Source of the DNA: Akkermansia muciniphila
GTDB lineage: Bacteria; Bacillota; Clostridia; Oscillospirales; CAG-272
DNA: 64,000 bases
NCBI GenBank assembly: GCA_963611795.1
Contig: CAVDSZ010000008.1
Coordinates: forward strand, 24,715-88,714
Direction of reading: 5' to 3'
In this document: positions 7,974 through 19,781 of the stretch, piece by piece
Position numbering within the stretch: position 1 is the first letter of the stretch
How the letters are laid out: every line of letters starts with the position of its first letter
Notes under the pieces: model-generated
What the model was told of the DNA's origin: nothing
The model's database searches: none
The model's input: the letters and a program-made list of their open reading frames with translations, nothing else
Position numbers and translations under genes: made by a program

Positions 7974-9380
7974 CAGCCCTTTGGGGTAATGGTTCTTCGC
8001 AACCCCTCCGACGACCTTGATGCCGCCGACGGGCGCACCCGCCACCGTCACGACCGCCCACCCGTCCGCAAGCGCGCACGGGAATGTCTCCCCCGCGAGA
8101 TACGCGGCAAGCGCCGCGTCCCCCGGCATGAAATCGAGATGCCTTTCAAAATACTCGCCGTAAGCCGAGAAGAAGAAATGTGCCGGGCAAAGCCGCCCTT
8201 TCTCCACCGTACCGGCGTTCACGCCGCGGGCATAGGTAATGCTTTTCGGCGTCGGCACCGCCCCGTCAAGGAGCGAAATGCTCCCTTTGAAAACAACCGG
8301 CTCCGGGAGACGCGCGCCGTCGATACCGGCGGCGGCGAGAAAGGCTTCCCACGCCGCCCGCTCTTCCCGTGAGAGCGGTACCGTATCCGGCTCCGTGCGG
8401 GTCTTGCCCTTGTTTTTGTCCCTGCCTCGATTGGCATTCACATCGTACACGGAAACGGGCGACGCCGCCTCCGCGCGGCGGAACCGACACATGAACTGCC
8501 CCTCCCCCGGGGCGATATGCGGATAGGCGCGGCGGGACAGGCGCCCGACCTCCCGCCCGATGTCGGTGTCCTCGGGGACAATTCCCGAGACGGTCATCGA
8601 CAGCACGGCGTCGGACACTTCTTCCAAAACAAAATCCGGGCGTGCGCGTAAGAACCACAGCACATTCTGCTCGTTTTCCTCAGGCGAGAACGTGCAGGTC
8701 GAATAGACCAGCCGCCCCCCGGGACGCACGGTGTCCGCCCCCGCGAGCAAGATTTCCCGCTGTCTCGCGGCGCACATCGTCACATTCTCGGGGCTCCATT
8801 CCGCGACGGCGATCTCCTCACGGCGGAACATTCCCTCCCCGGAGCAGGGCGCGTCAATCACGACGGCGTCGAAAAAGCCGGGATAGGTCGCGGCAAGCGC
8901 CGGCGCGTCCGTGCGCGTCACGACCGCCGAGCGCACACCCATGCGCTCGAGGTTTCCGGCAAGCGTCACACACCGATTCGGTACATATTCATTGGAGACG
9001 AGCAGACCCCCGTCACCGATGCGGTTCGCAATCTGGGTCGACTTCCCGCCCGGGGCGGCGCAGAGATCCAGCACCCGTTCCCCCGCCCGGATGTCGGCGC
9101 ACAGCACCGGCAGCATCGCGGATGGCTCCTGCATATAATACGCGCCCGCATGGTGGAGCGGGTCACCCCCGACGGGCACCGTGTCCGTGCGGTAAAGTGC
9201 GTCCTTTGCAAAAGGCGTCGGTGTGACCGCCGCCCCGAGCAGCTCCCCGAGCCGTTCCGCCGTCATCTTCCGCCCCGTGTGGAGCGCACGCGCGGGGCGC
9301 TCGTCGTACGCCGCGAGGAACGCGGGATAATCCCCGACGAGCAGGTCGCGCATTCGCGCGAGAAACGCCTCCGGTAACAT
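7959..9380 (-). CDS. NOL1/NOP2/Sun-family rRNA m5C methyltransferase with C-terminal PUA-like extension (RsmF-like)
   Basis: SAM-binding block VLDLCAAPGGKSTQIA, DAPCSGEGMFRR and catalytic YSTCTFSPEENE. The last 5 codons and the stop lie inside repeat A1. Confidence 0.85.
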   Translation of the reverse strand: MLPEAFLARMRDLLVGDYPAFLAAYDERPARALHTGRKMTAERLGELLGAAVTPTPFAKDALYRTDTVPVGGDPLHHAGAYYMQEPSAMLPVLCADIRAGERVLDLCAAPGGKSTQIANRIGDGGLLVSNEYVPNRCVTLAGNLERMGVRSAVVTRTDAPALAATYPGFFDAVVIDAPCSGEGMFRREEIAVAEWSPENVTMCAARQREILLAGADTVRPGGRLVYSTCTFSPEENEQNVLWFLRARPDFVLEEVSDAVLSMTVSGIVPEDTDIGREVGRLSRRAYPHIAPGEGQFMCRFRRAEAASPVSVYDVNANRGRDKNKGKTRTEPDTVPLSREERAAWEAFLAAAGIDGARLPEPVVFKGSISLLDGAVPTPKSITYARGVNAGTVEKGRLCPAHFFFSAYGEYFERHLDFMPGDAALAAYLAGETFPCALADGWAVVTVAGAPVGGIKVVGGVAKNHYPKGLRDKR

Positions 9381-9461
9381 TCGGCACCCCCGTTTTTCGA
9401 AAACTTCTCCCTCATCTTATCATTGCCCCCGAAAAAAGTAAAGATTTTTTTGTTTTCCCTC

Positions 9462-9490
9462 TTGACAACCGCCGATCGCCTGCGTATAAT
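9462..9490 (+). promoter_or_regulatory. Sigma-A-type promoter of the arsR-HMA-ATPase operon
   Basis: TTGACA (9462-9467), 17-nt spacer, TATAAT (9485-9490). Confidence 0.65.
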
Positions 9491-9498
9491 AGAACCGT

Positions 9499-9526
9499 AA
9501 ACAGTTGAACGATTGCTCAACTGTTC
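9499..9526. promoter_or_regulatory. Candidate ArsR/SmtB operator (inverted repeat)
   Basis: AACAGTTGA..N..TCAACTGTT inverted repeat directly downstream of the -10 box and upstream of the ArsR-family gene. Confidence 0.55.
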
Positions 9527-9554
9527 AAAAATAAACCCTTTAACGGAGGCACAC

Positions 9555-9917
9555 ATGGAAACGAAAACGCCGCACTGTTCGGAACCCCATCATCATGAAG
9601 CGCTCCTCGCCTCCCTGCGTACGGACGCACCGGCGGAGGGGTTCCTCCTCTCCCTCGCCGATTTCTTCAAGGTATTCGGCGACGCGACGCGCGTCAAACT
9701 GCTCCTGGCGCTCGACCGCGCCGACCTCTGCGTGTGCGACCTCGCCGACCTGCTCGGCATGACGAAGTCCGCCGTCTCGCACCAGCTCTCCGCCCTGCGC
9801 GCGGCGCATCTCGTGACCTTCCGCCGTGAGGGCAAAAACGTCCGCTACTCGCTCGCCGACGACCATGTCCGCAAAATCATTGAATGTGCGTCCGAGCATC
9901 TGTCCGAGGACGATTGA
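9555..9917 (+). CDS. ArsR/SmtB-family metal-sensing transcriptional repressor (CadC/CzrA-like)
   Basis: FKVFGDATRVKLLLALDRADLCVCDLADLLGMTKSAVSHQLSALRAAHLVTFRREGKNVRYSL is the winged-HTH core. Start at ATG 9555 after GGAGG. Confidence 0.85.
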   Translation: METKTPHCSEPHHHEALLASLRTDAPAEGFLLSLADFFKVFGDATRVKLLLALDRADLCVCDLADLLGMTKSAVSHQLSALRAAHLVTFRREGKNVRYSLADDHVRKIIECASEHLSEDD

Positions 9918-9958
9918 TTCCCGCCAAAATAAAAATTATAAATAGAGAGGTACTCATC

Positions 9959-10177
9959 ATGACTTACAAATTCACCGTATCCGGACTCGACTGCCCCAAC
10001 TGTGCAAAGAAACTCACCGCCATCATCGAGAGCAAAGAGGAAGTGGAGAGCGTCAAACTCAATTTCCTCACCGAAGACCTGACGGTCACGACCGAACTCG
10101 ATGCAGATGACGCGCTGGATCTCGTGCGCGCCTGCGGCAAAGAATTCAGCAAGAAGGTCTCGATTGACCGGAAGTAA
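9959..10177 (+). CDS. Heavy-metal-associated (HMA) domain protein
   Basis: MTYKFTVSGLDCPNCAKKLTAIIE has the HMA fold with a GLDCPNC metal site. It sits between the repressor and the ATPase. Confidence 0.8.
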   Translation: MTYKFTVSGLDCPNCAKKLTAIIESKEEVESVKLNFLTEDLTVTTELDADDALDLVRACGKEFSKKVSIDRK

Positions 10178-10181
10178 CGCC

Positions 10182-12113
10182 ATGAAAAAGCTGTGGAAAG
10201 ATAAAGATCTTTTGCGAATCATCGTCGGCGGTCTGCTCCTCATCGCCGGCTTCATCGTCAAGATTGCGACCAAAGACCATGCAAGCGCAAAATACGCGGT
10301 ACCGATTGTATTCGCCGTCGCCCTGCTCGTCTCCGGGCTGGAAGTCTTTTGGGAAGCAATCCGCGGCATCTTCAAAGGGCAACTGCTCGACGAAACCTTT
10401 CTCATGTCAATCGCGTCCGTCGGCGCCTTCATCATCGGTGAGTACGCCGAGGCACCTGCCGTTATGCTGTTCTACCTTGTCGGCGAGTATTTCGAGCATC
10501 GCGCCGTGCGCCGCTCGCGCGCGTCAATCAAGACGCTCATGGAGATTAACCCCGACCGCGCGCTTGTCTCCCGTGACGGTGAGGAAGTCGAAATCGACGC
10601 CACCGATGTGAAAATTGGCGACACCGTTGTTCTGCGCCCCGGCTCCCGCGTACCGGTCGACTGCACCGTCGTCAGCGGCAGTGCGGATATCAATACCGCC
10701 GCCCTGACCGGTGAGAGCCTGCCCGTCGCCGCGCATGCCGGCACGGCACTCCAAAGCGGCGTCATCGTCATGGACGGTGTGCTGTACTCGAAAGCTGACC
10801 GCACGTCCGAGACCTCTGCCGCCGCCCGCGTTCTGAATCTGGTACAGGAAGCCTCCGACCGCAAGAGCCGTCAGGAGAACTTCATCACCGGCTTCGCCCG
10901 TGTCTATACGCCAATCGTCGTCGGGCTTGCCGTACTCGTGGCATTCCTGCCGCCCCTCTTCATCTGCCTCAGCCACGGCGGCTTTGACGGCGCCGTCCTG
11001 CGCGAATGGGTGTACCGCGCGCTGATGTTCCTCGTCGTCTCCTGCCCCTGTGCCCTCGTGATTTCGGTGCCGCTCGCCTTCTTCGGCGGAATTGGCGGCG
11101 CCGCCGGACAGGGGATTCTGTTCAAGGGCGGCTGCTCGTTTGACTCGCTTGCCACGGCAAAGATTGCCGTGTTCGATAAGACGGGTACGCTGACAAAGGG
11201 CGCCTTCTCGGTGACGGAAGTCCACCCTGCGGACGGTCTTGAGAAAGACGAATTTCTCCGTCTCGTCTCTTCGGCGGAAGCCCATTCCACCCACCCGATT
11301 GCCCTCGCGCTCCGCGCCGAGGCGCCGGACGCTCCCGCGGCGGAAAATGTCAAGGAGGTGCCCGGTAAAGGTCTCCTCGCCGTTGTTGATGGGCGTGAAG
11401 TCGCCGTCGGGAATCTCGCCATCATGGCAGACGTCGGTGCAGACGTCCCCGCCGACACGGAAGGCATCTATGTCGCCCGCGACGGGAAATACATCGGTGC
11501 CGTCTCCATTGCGGACACCATTCGCCCGGGCACCGTTCCTGCCCTCTCGGAACTCCGCCATCTCGGCATCCGTGAGACGGTCATGCTGACCGGCGACGCG
11601 GAAGCCCCGGCAAAGAAGATTGCCGCCGCGGCAGGGATTGACACCGTGAAAGCCAAGCTCCTCCCCGAAGAGAAATACGCGGCGCTCGAAGACCTCATGT
11701 CGAGGACGCACGAAAAGGTCATGTATGTCGGCGACGGCATCAATGACGCGCCGGTCCTTGCCCGCGCCGATGTCGGTATTGCCATGGGCGGTATCGGTTC
11801 GGATGCCGCAATCGAGGCGGCGGACGTCATTCTCACGACCGACGCCCCCGAGAAAATCCCGCTCGCCCGCCGCATCGCCAAGAAGACCCTGCGGATTGCA
11901 GAGGAAAACATCGTGTTCGCGCTGTTTATCAAAATTGCCGTCATGGTGCTTGCCGCAACAGGTGTGCTCTCCATGTTCGAGGGCGGTATGTGGGTCGCCG
12001 TGTTCGCCGATGTCGGCGTCGCGCTCCTCGCAATCCTCAATTCGCTCCGCACCGTCCTCTACCCGCCGAAGCCCTGCTGCAAGGCAACCGGGGCACCGAC
12101 GGCAAACGCCTGA
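10182..12113 (+). CDS. cadA: Heavy-metal-translocating P1B-type ATPase (Cd/Zn/Co-type)
   Basis: TGESLPV, CPC motif (SCPCALVISVP), DKTGTLT, MLTGD, and the hinge VGDGINDAP. Confidence 0.9.
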   Translation: MKKLWKDKDLLRIIVGGLLLIAGFIVKIATKDHASAKYAVPIVFAVALLVSGLEVFWEAIRGIFKGQLLDETFLMSIASVGAFIIGEYAEAPAVMLFYLVGEYFEHRAVRRSRASIKTLMEINPDRALVSRDGEEVEIDATDVKIGDTVVLRPGSRVPVDCTVVSGSADINTAALTGESLPVAAHAGTALQSGVIVMDGVLYSKADRTSETSAAARVLNLVQEASDRKSRQENFITGFARVYTPIVVGLAVLVAFLPPLFICLSHGGFDGAVLREWVYRALMFLVVSCPCALVISVPLAFFGGIGGAAGQGILFKGGCSFDSLATAKIAVFDKTGTLTKGAFSVTEVHPADGLEKDEFLRLVSSAEAHSTHPIALALRAEAPDAPAAENVKEVPGKGLLAVVDGREVAVGNLAIMADVGADVPADTEGIYVARDGKYIGAVSIADTIRPGTVPALSELRHLGIRETVMLTGDAEAPAKKIAAAAGIDTVKAKLLPEEKYAALEDLMSRTHEKVMYVGDGINDAPVLARADVGIAMGGIGSDAAIEAADVILTTDAPEKIPLARRIAKKTLRIAEENIVFALFIKIAVMVLAATGVLSMFEGGMWVAVFADVGVALLAILNSLRTVLYPPKPCCKATGAPTANA

Positions 12114-12147
12114 CCCGCATTCCCAAAACCAATGACAACCGAATACC

Positions 12148-12184
12148 GACCCGACGGGCTCCTCCCGCCGGGTCTTGCTTTTCC
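12148..12184 (+). terminator. Rho-independent terminator after ATPase gene
   Basis: Stem GACCCGACGGG / CCCGCCGGGTC, then TTGCTTTTCC. Confidence 0.6.
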
Positions 12185-12273
12185 CGTAAAATTATGATAT
12201 ACTTTTATCGTATGACCGCATTTCGGCGCGCGCCGCGCGAACGTCTTTCCCGAAAAACGCGTGAGGTATCGCT

Positions 12274-13650
12274 ATGAAGCATTTGAAATTCCTGCCGTTA
12301 TGGCTGCTTGTCTCCGTCCTCCTCGTCCTCTCCCTCGCGGGGTGCGGCGAGACGCCCGCGGCGACACATGAGCACCGCTACGGCGAATGGTATGTCGTCA
12401 CACCGGCGGCGCATGAAGAAAGCGGGCTCGAAGCCCGCAACTGCACCGGCTGCGAGCGGAAAGAAACGCGGAGCATCGCGCCCCTCGGGCACACCTTCCG
12501 CACCGAGTGGGACTACGACGCGACGGCGCATTTCCACTCCTGCTCCTGCGGCGCCACAGACGAAAAAGCGGCGCATGACTTCGACGACAGCGGCGTCTGC
12601 CGCACCTGCCGCGTGGACAGCACCCGCCTTGCTTACACCAAGGAGAACGGCGTCATTACCATGGGCACCTATCCGCAGTCACGCGTGACGGACAGCGACC
12701 TGACAGACGCGCTGACCGCCGCCGCAGGCGCGCTCCCGACAACGGAAAATACCGGGGCATGGACGCCGTATGGCGACTGCACGGCGAAAAAGATTGAAGG
12801 CGACTTCATGTGGTATATCGACCTCCCTCTGGCGGGCGAGCGGTACCGCGGCGTTTACTTCACGCACTACCGCCCGATGTCCCCGGGGATTCCCTCCGAC
12901 GAAAAGCGATCGGAGCAGGACGATAACGGGTACTCGACCGGCACGGTCTACTGGTTCCGCTTCGAGCCGGTTCGCTGGAGAATCCTGACCCAAAGGAGCG
13001 GCAGAGCGCTCCTGCTCGCCGACCTAATCTTGGACGCGGTGCCCTATCAGGACAGCGTGCAGGAATCTCCCGAAACGAAAGATCCCTCGTCGACGGTCAC
13101 GGGCGCGAACGGCGCCCCAGACGGCACCTATGCCAATGTTTACGCGTACAGTCGCGTGCGGCAGTTCCTGACGGACGAGTTCGCCCGCACCGCTTTTACG
13201 GAGCAGCAAGCGGCACTCCTCGCTCCCACGTCGACTGCGGGCGATTATTCTCAGGTATCGGAAAGCGGCGACCGTGTTTTCCTTATCACTGCCGGTGACC
13301 TGCTCGCCTATTGCAGGGGTGCCGCGGCACAGTTCCGCCGGGGTTCCGACTATGCCGCCTGCCGCGGTCTTAAAATCATGCACGAAAACAATCGCTTTTT
13401 CGGTGGAGGCCACTGGTTCCTGCGTACCCCGCGGGCTGACGTCGCGAACGCGTCGAACAAACTCCGCTGCGAGATTACCGCCTCCGTCTGCATGGTCATG
13501 GCGACCGGGAACAACAGTTTCAGCACGAGTCAGAACACCACCCGCGTCGATTATACCTTCGTCGGCACGGTTCCTGCCGTGTGGATGACCCTCGCCGAGG
13601 CGGAATCATCCGCACCCGACGGCGGCACACTATCTCTGTCGGGAATCTGA
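12274..13650 (+). CDS. Lipoprotein of unknown function (Cys/His-rich N-terminal repeats; C-terminal region resembles DUF6273-type domains)
   Basis: Lipobox LSLAGC. Repeated H..C..C motifs. The family assignment (YPQSRV...YRGVYFTHYRP...VYWFRFEPVRWRIL...ALLLADLILD) is from memory only. Confidence 0.65.
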   Translation: MKHLKFLPLWLLVSVLLVLSLAGCGETPAATHEHRYGEWYVVTPAAHEESGLEARNCTGCERKETRSIAPLGHTFRTEWDYDATAHFHSCSCGATDEKAAHDFDDSGVCRTCRVDSTRLAYTKENGVITMGTYPQSRVTDSDLTDALTAAAGALPTTENTGAWTPYGDCTAKKIEGDFMWYIDLPLAGERYRGVYFTHYRPMSPGIPSDEKRSEQDDNGYSTGTVYWFRFEPVRWRILTQRSGRALLLADLILDAVPYQDSVQESPETKDPSSTVTGANGAPDGTYANVYAYSRVRQFLTDEFARTAFTEQQAALLAPTSTAGDYSQVSESGDRVFLITAGDLLAYCRGAAAQFRRGSDYAACRGLKIMHENNRFFGGGHWFLRTPRADVANASNKLRCEITASVCMVMATGNNSFSTSQNTTRVDYTFVGTVPAVWMTLAEAESSAPDGGTLSLSGI

Positions 13651-13806
13651 CACTCCATTACATTCTCATATCCCCGACGCCGGGGGCGGCTCTGCCGCCA
13701 CAGCGTACAGACCCCGTACCCCCGATTCGTCGGCGGTACTTCTTCACCGTACCCCGACCGGCGGTGCCTCCGCCGGTCGCGCCTTGTTTTCCGAAAGGAG
13801 GCTCCC

Positions 13807-16427
<2,621 letters not shown>

Positions 16428-16459
16428 ACACGAATGAAAAAGCAAGGAAAAGCATCTGT

Positions 16460-17545
16460 ATGGATATCGGAAAAATTGACCGCAACCTGGCGGTACCTTC
16501 GCTAAAAGCGGACGATGACGCTGTTTTTTACTCTGCGAAAGCAGAACCGTTCGATGGCTACGGCTTTTACGACTTCCGCGGGGAACCGGGATTCAGGCGA
16601 ATGCCGGATGATGTTGCCCGTTCTGTCAGCCGCGGGGTTGCGTCGCTCTACCGAAAGACGGCCGGCGGGCGCCTTCGTTTTACGACCGACTCTTCCTTTA
16701 TCATTCTTCGATGCCGTATGTCCGGCATCTCGAAAATGGTACATATGCCCCTGATTTCCAGTGCCGGATTTGACTTATACATTGATTGCCCCGAAGACGG
16801 CAGCAGCCGTTTTTACGACGTTTTCAGACCCACCATGGATATGACAGATGGCTTTGAAGCCAAAGTTACGTTCGGGCATCGCAAGATACGCTCCCTGACA
16901 TTGAATTTTCCGAGCTACAGCAATGTCGATGAACTCCTTGTCGGACTGGAGCCGGATGCGGTGCTTTCCGGCGGTAGCCCCTACCTCCCCGTCAAACCCA
17001 TTGTCTACTACGGCAGTTCCATCACGCAAGGAGCGTGCGCTTCCCGCCCCGGGAATGCCTACCAAAACATCATTTGTCGCAGAAACCGCACGGATTACAT
17101 CAATCTGGGGTTTGCCGGTTCCGCAAAGGGAGAGGCGACAATGGCTCACTATCTTGCAGGGTTGGAAATGTCGGCTTTTGTCTCGGATTATGACCATAAT
17201 GCCACTCTTGATACGCTGACCGTCACGCACTCGGCACTTTACCGCACGATTCGGGAGAACCATCCGGATATCCCCTATGTGATTGTTACCATGCCCGATT
17301 TACACAAACGCGACTATGACGTCAATCAGCGGCGGCGGGATATCTGTTACGGCACCTATATAGAGGCTCTGCGGGCAGGAGACAGAAACATCAGTTTTGT
17401 GGACGGCGGAAGCCTGTTTGCGGGGGCGAATGAAGACTGCTGCACAGTCGACACGATTCATCCGAACGACTACGGTATGTTGATGATGGCAGACCGAATC
17501 GGTGCGGAGTTGGATTGGATTCGGGCTTGGCGGACACAGAAATGA
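16460..17545 (+). CDS. SGNH/GDSL-family hydrolase (esterase)
   Basis: Block I YYGSSITQGA (catalytic Ser). Block V DTIHPND (Asp-x-x-His). Confidence 0.75.
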   Translation: MDIGKIDRNLAVPSLKADDDAVFYSAKAEPFDGYGFYDFRGEPGFRRMPDDVARSVSRGVASLYRKTAGGRLRFTTDSSFIILRCRMSGISKMVHMPLISSAGFDLYIDCPEDGSSRFYDVFRPTMDMTDGFEAKVTFGHRKIRSLTLNFPSYSNVDELLVGLEPDAVLSGGSPYLPVKPIVYYGSSITQGACASRPGNAYQNIICRRNRTDYINLGFAGSAKGEATMAHYLAGLEMSAFVSDYDHNATLDTLTVTHSALYRTIRENHPDIPYVIVTMPDLHKRDYDVNQRRRDICYGTYIEALRAGDRNISFVDGGSLFAGANEDCCTVDTIHPNDYGMLMMADRIGAELDWIRAWRTQK

Positions 17546-17611
17546 CTGTCGACAAAAAGCAGGGAGGGCACCTCACCCCTGTTGCCGAGCAACCGTTTTT
17601 ATGACATATTT

Positions 17612-17656
17612 GTCAGGGTGATGCCCGAAAGACCGGGCATCACCCTGACTTTTTGC
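17612..17656 (+). terminator. Rho-independent terminator
   Basis: 16-bp stem GTCAGGGTGATGCCCG / CGGGCATCACCCTGAC followed by TTTTTGCC. Confidence 0.8.
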
Positions 17657-17797
17657 CTTTTCGGGGTGCCGAGAGCGCATTCGATAGGGTGGCGGGAAAA
17701 TCGGCGCGCCCCCTTTACAAAGCGGCAGAAATATGATATATTATATTTTACGATATAGGCGCGCACGTATCGTGCGCGGGAACGGGGGAACGCCCAC

Positions 17798-18259
17798 ATG
17801 AAATGCCCTGCCTGCGGGAACCGCGACAGCCGTGTTCTCGACAGCCGCCCGGTAGAGGACGACGCCAGCATCAAGCGCCGGCGCGAATGCACCGCCTGCG
17901 GCAAACGGTTCACCACCTACGAGATGATTGAGACGGTGCCGATTTTCGTCATTAAAAAAGACGGCTCCCGCGAGCCGTTCAACCGACATAAACTCCAGAA
18001 CGGGCTGATGAAAGCGTGCCAGAAGCGGCCGGTCGACGTCGACGCGCTCTGCACCGAGATTGAGAACGAGCTGGTCAACTCGCTCGCGAGTGAAGTGACC
18101 TCCGTCCGTCTCGGCGAAATGGTCATGGAACACCTGAAGAACCTCGACGAAGTGTCCTACGTCCGCTTTGCCTCCGTTTACCGCGAATTCCGCGACCTTG
18201 AGACCTTCCTCGATGAACTCAACGCCCTAGTCAAAGGAAAGAAGAAAACCGACAAATGA
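17798..18259 (+). CDS. nrdR: Transcriptional repressor NrdR
   Basis: MKCPACGNRDSRVLDSRP...RRRECTACGKRFTTYE zinc ribbon plus an ATP-cone. Confidence 0.95.
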   Translation: MKCPACGNRDSRVLDSRPVEDDASIKRRRECTACGKRFTTYEMIETVPIFVIKKDGSREPFNRHKLQNGLMKACQKRPVDVDALCTEIENELVNSLASEVTSVRLGEMVMEHLKNLDEVSYVRFASVYREFRDLETFLDELNALVKGKKKTDK

Positions 18260-19143
18260 TGTACAGCATGACCGCCTTCGGGCGCGGGATTCATACCGCT
18301 GGGGGCATGACCTTCACGGTCGAGATGCGCGCCGTCAACGGCAGATACCTCGATATCTCCTGCCGTATGCCGCGGGCGCTCCTCCCGCTCGAAGAAAAGA
18401 TTAAGTCCTATATCCAGAACCGGGTCACGACCCGCGGAAAAGTGGACGTCAACGTGACGCTCACGCGTGAGGGCGTGTCCGATAAGACCGTCACCCTCGA
18501 CGCGGCGTATGCCGACGGCTACATGGCGGCGCTCCGCGCCCTGCGCGACCGCTATGACCTCACCGACGACATCACCGTCATGTCCGTCGCGAAATCCCCC
18601 GATATTTTCACCTATTCGCAGACCGAGCTCGACGCGGACGCCGCGTGGGAGGTACTTGCCCCCGCGCTGGAAGCCGCCGGTACGGCGTTCTCGCATATGC
18701 GGCGCGCCGAGGGGGAAAAGATACAACGCGACCTATATGCGAAGCTCGACTCCGTCGCCGCCTGGGTCGGCGAGGTCAAAAGCCTCTCCCGCGCCGATAC
18801 CGTCGGCTATCGGGATAAGCTCGAAGCGCGCCTGCGCGCGCTCTTTGAAGAGCGGAACGTCACGGTGGACGAGAACCGCCTGCTCACCGAGTGCGCCGTG
18901 TTCGCCGACCGCATCGCCGTCGACGAGGAGATTACGCGGCTCCGCGCCCATATCGGCGCGTTCCACGAGATTGCGGAAGAGCCTGCCCCTGCCGGGAAGA
19001 AACTTGATTTTCTCATGCAGGAGATGAACCGGGAGACCAACACGATCGGCTCCAAATGCTCCGACGCCGCGATTGCCCGCATCGTCGTCAATATCAAAAA
19101 CGAGCTGGAAAAGATTCGCGAGCAAGTGCAGAACATTGAGTAA
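18256..19143 (+). CDS. yicC: YicC/YloC-family stress-induced protein (endoribonuclease)
   Basis: MTAFGRG...RAVNGRYLD...KLDFLMQEMNRETNTIGSK. 295 aa. Confidence 0.9.
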   Translation: MMYSMTAFGRGIHTAGGMTFTVEMRAVNGRYLDISCRMPRALLPLEEKIKSYIQNRVTTRGKVDVNVTLTREGVSDKTVTLDAAYADGYMAALRALRDRYDLTDDITVMSVAKSPDIFTYSQTELDADAAWEVLAPALEAAGTAFSHMRRAEGEKIQRDLYAKLDSVAAWVGEVKSLSRADTVGYRDKLEARLRALFEERNVTVDENRLLTECAVFADRIAVDEEITRLRAHIGAFHEIAEEPAPAGKKLDFLMQEMNRETNTIGSKCSDAAIARIVVNIKNELEKIREQVQNIE

Positions 19144-19152
19144 GGAGACTCT

Positions 19153-19428
19153 ATGAAACTCATCAATATCGGATTCGGCAACCTGGTCGCGGCGGAGCGC
19201 GTCGTGGCAATCACCTCCCCCGACAGTGCGCCGATTAAGCGACTTGTGCAGGACGCCAAGGAAGAGGGGCGCGTCATCGACGCCTCCTGCGGCCGCCGCA
19301 CCCGTGCCGTCCTCATCATGGATTCCGACCATGTAATCCTCTCCGCCATTCAGACCGAGACGCTCTGGAACCGACTGGATCAGGAGGTCAGTGAAGACGC
19401 GGACGACGAAGAGCAAGAAGAATCCTGA
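19153..19428 (+). CDS. remA: DUF370 / RemA-family regulator
   Basis: [65 protein letters not shown]. Confidence 0.9.
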   Translation: MKLINIGFGNLVAAERVVAITSPDSAPIKRLVQDAKEEGRVIDASCGRRTRAVLIMDSDHVILSAIQTETLWNRLDQEVSEDADDEEQEES

Positions 19429-19503
19429 CTCCGGGGGGGAGGAACCCCTCTCAAACACCGTTTATCATGCCACTGATTTTGAGTGACCGAAGGAGATAAA
19501 ACC

Positions 19504-19773
19504 ATGTTACACCCTACTGCCGATGAACTGACCCACGGGAAATTCAACCGCTACGAACTGGTGATCGGGATCGCGAAAAGCGCCCGTCTTGTCACCGACG
19601 AATACGTCCGCCAGCGCAACGAGGCGCAGAAAGCCATTGACGAGCACCGTGAGGGCGGTCAGACGCTCGCGCAGATGATTTCGCCCGAATACCGCGACCA
19701 GAAAGCGGTCAAGATTGCCGTCCGCCGCCTTGCCGACGGTACCTACCGCATGGTGCGGCACAGCGAGCAGTAA
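19504..19773 (+). CDS. rpoZ: DNA-directed RNA polymerase subunit omega
   Basis: MLHPTADELTHGKFNRYELVIGIAKSARLV. ATG at 19504 after AAGGAG. Conserved position after remA. Confidence 0.85.
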   Translation: MLHPTADELTHGKFNRYELVIGIAKSARLVTDEYVRQRNEAQKAIDEHREGGQTLAQMISPEYRDQKAVKIAVRRLADGTYRMVRHSEQ

Positions 19774-19781
19774 TCCCCGCC

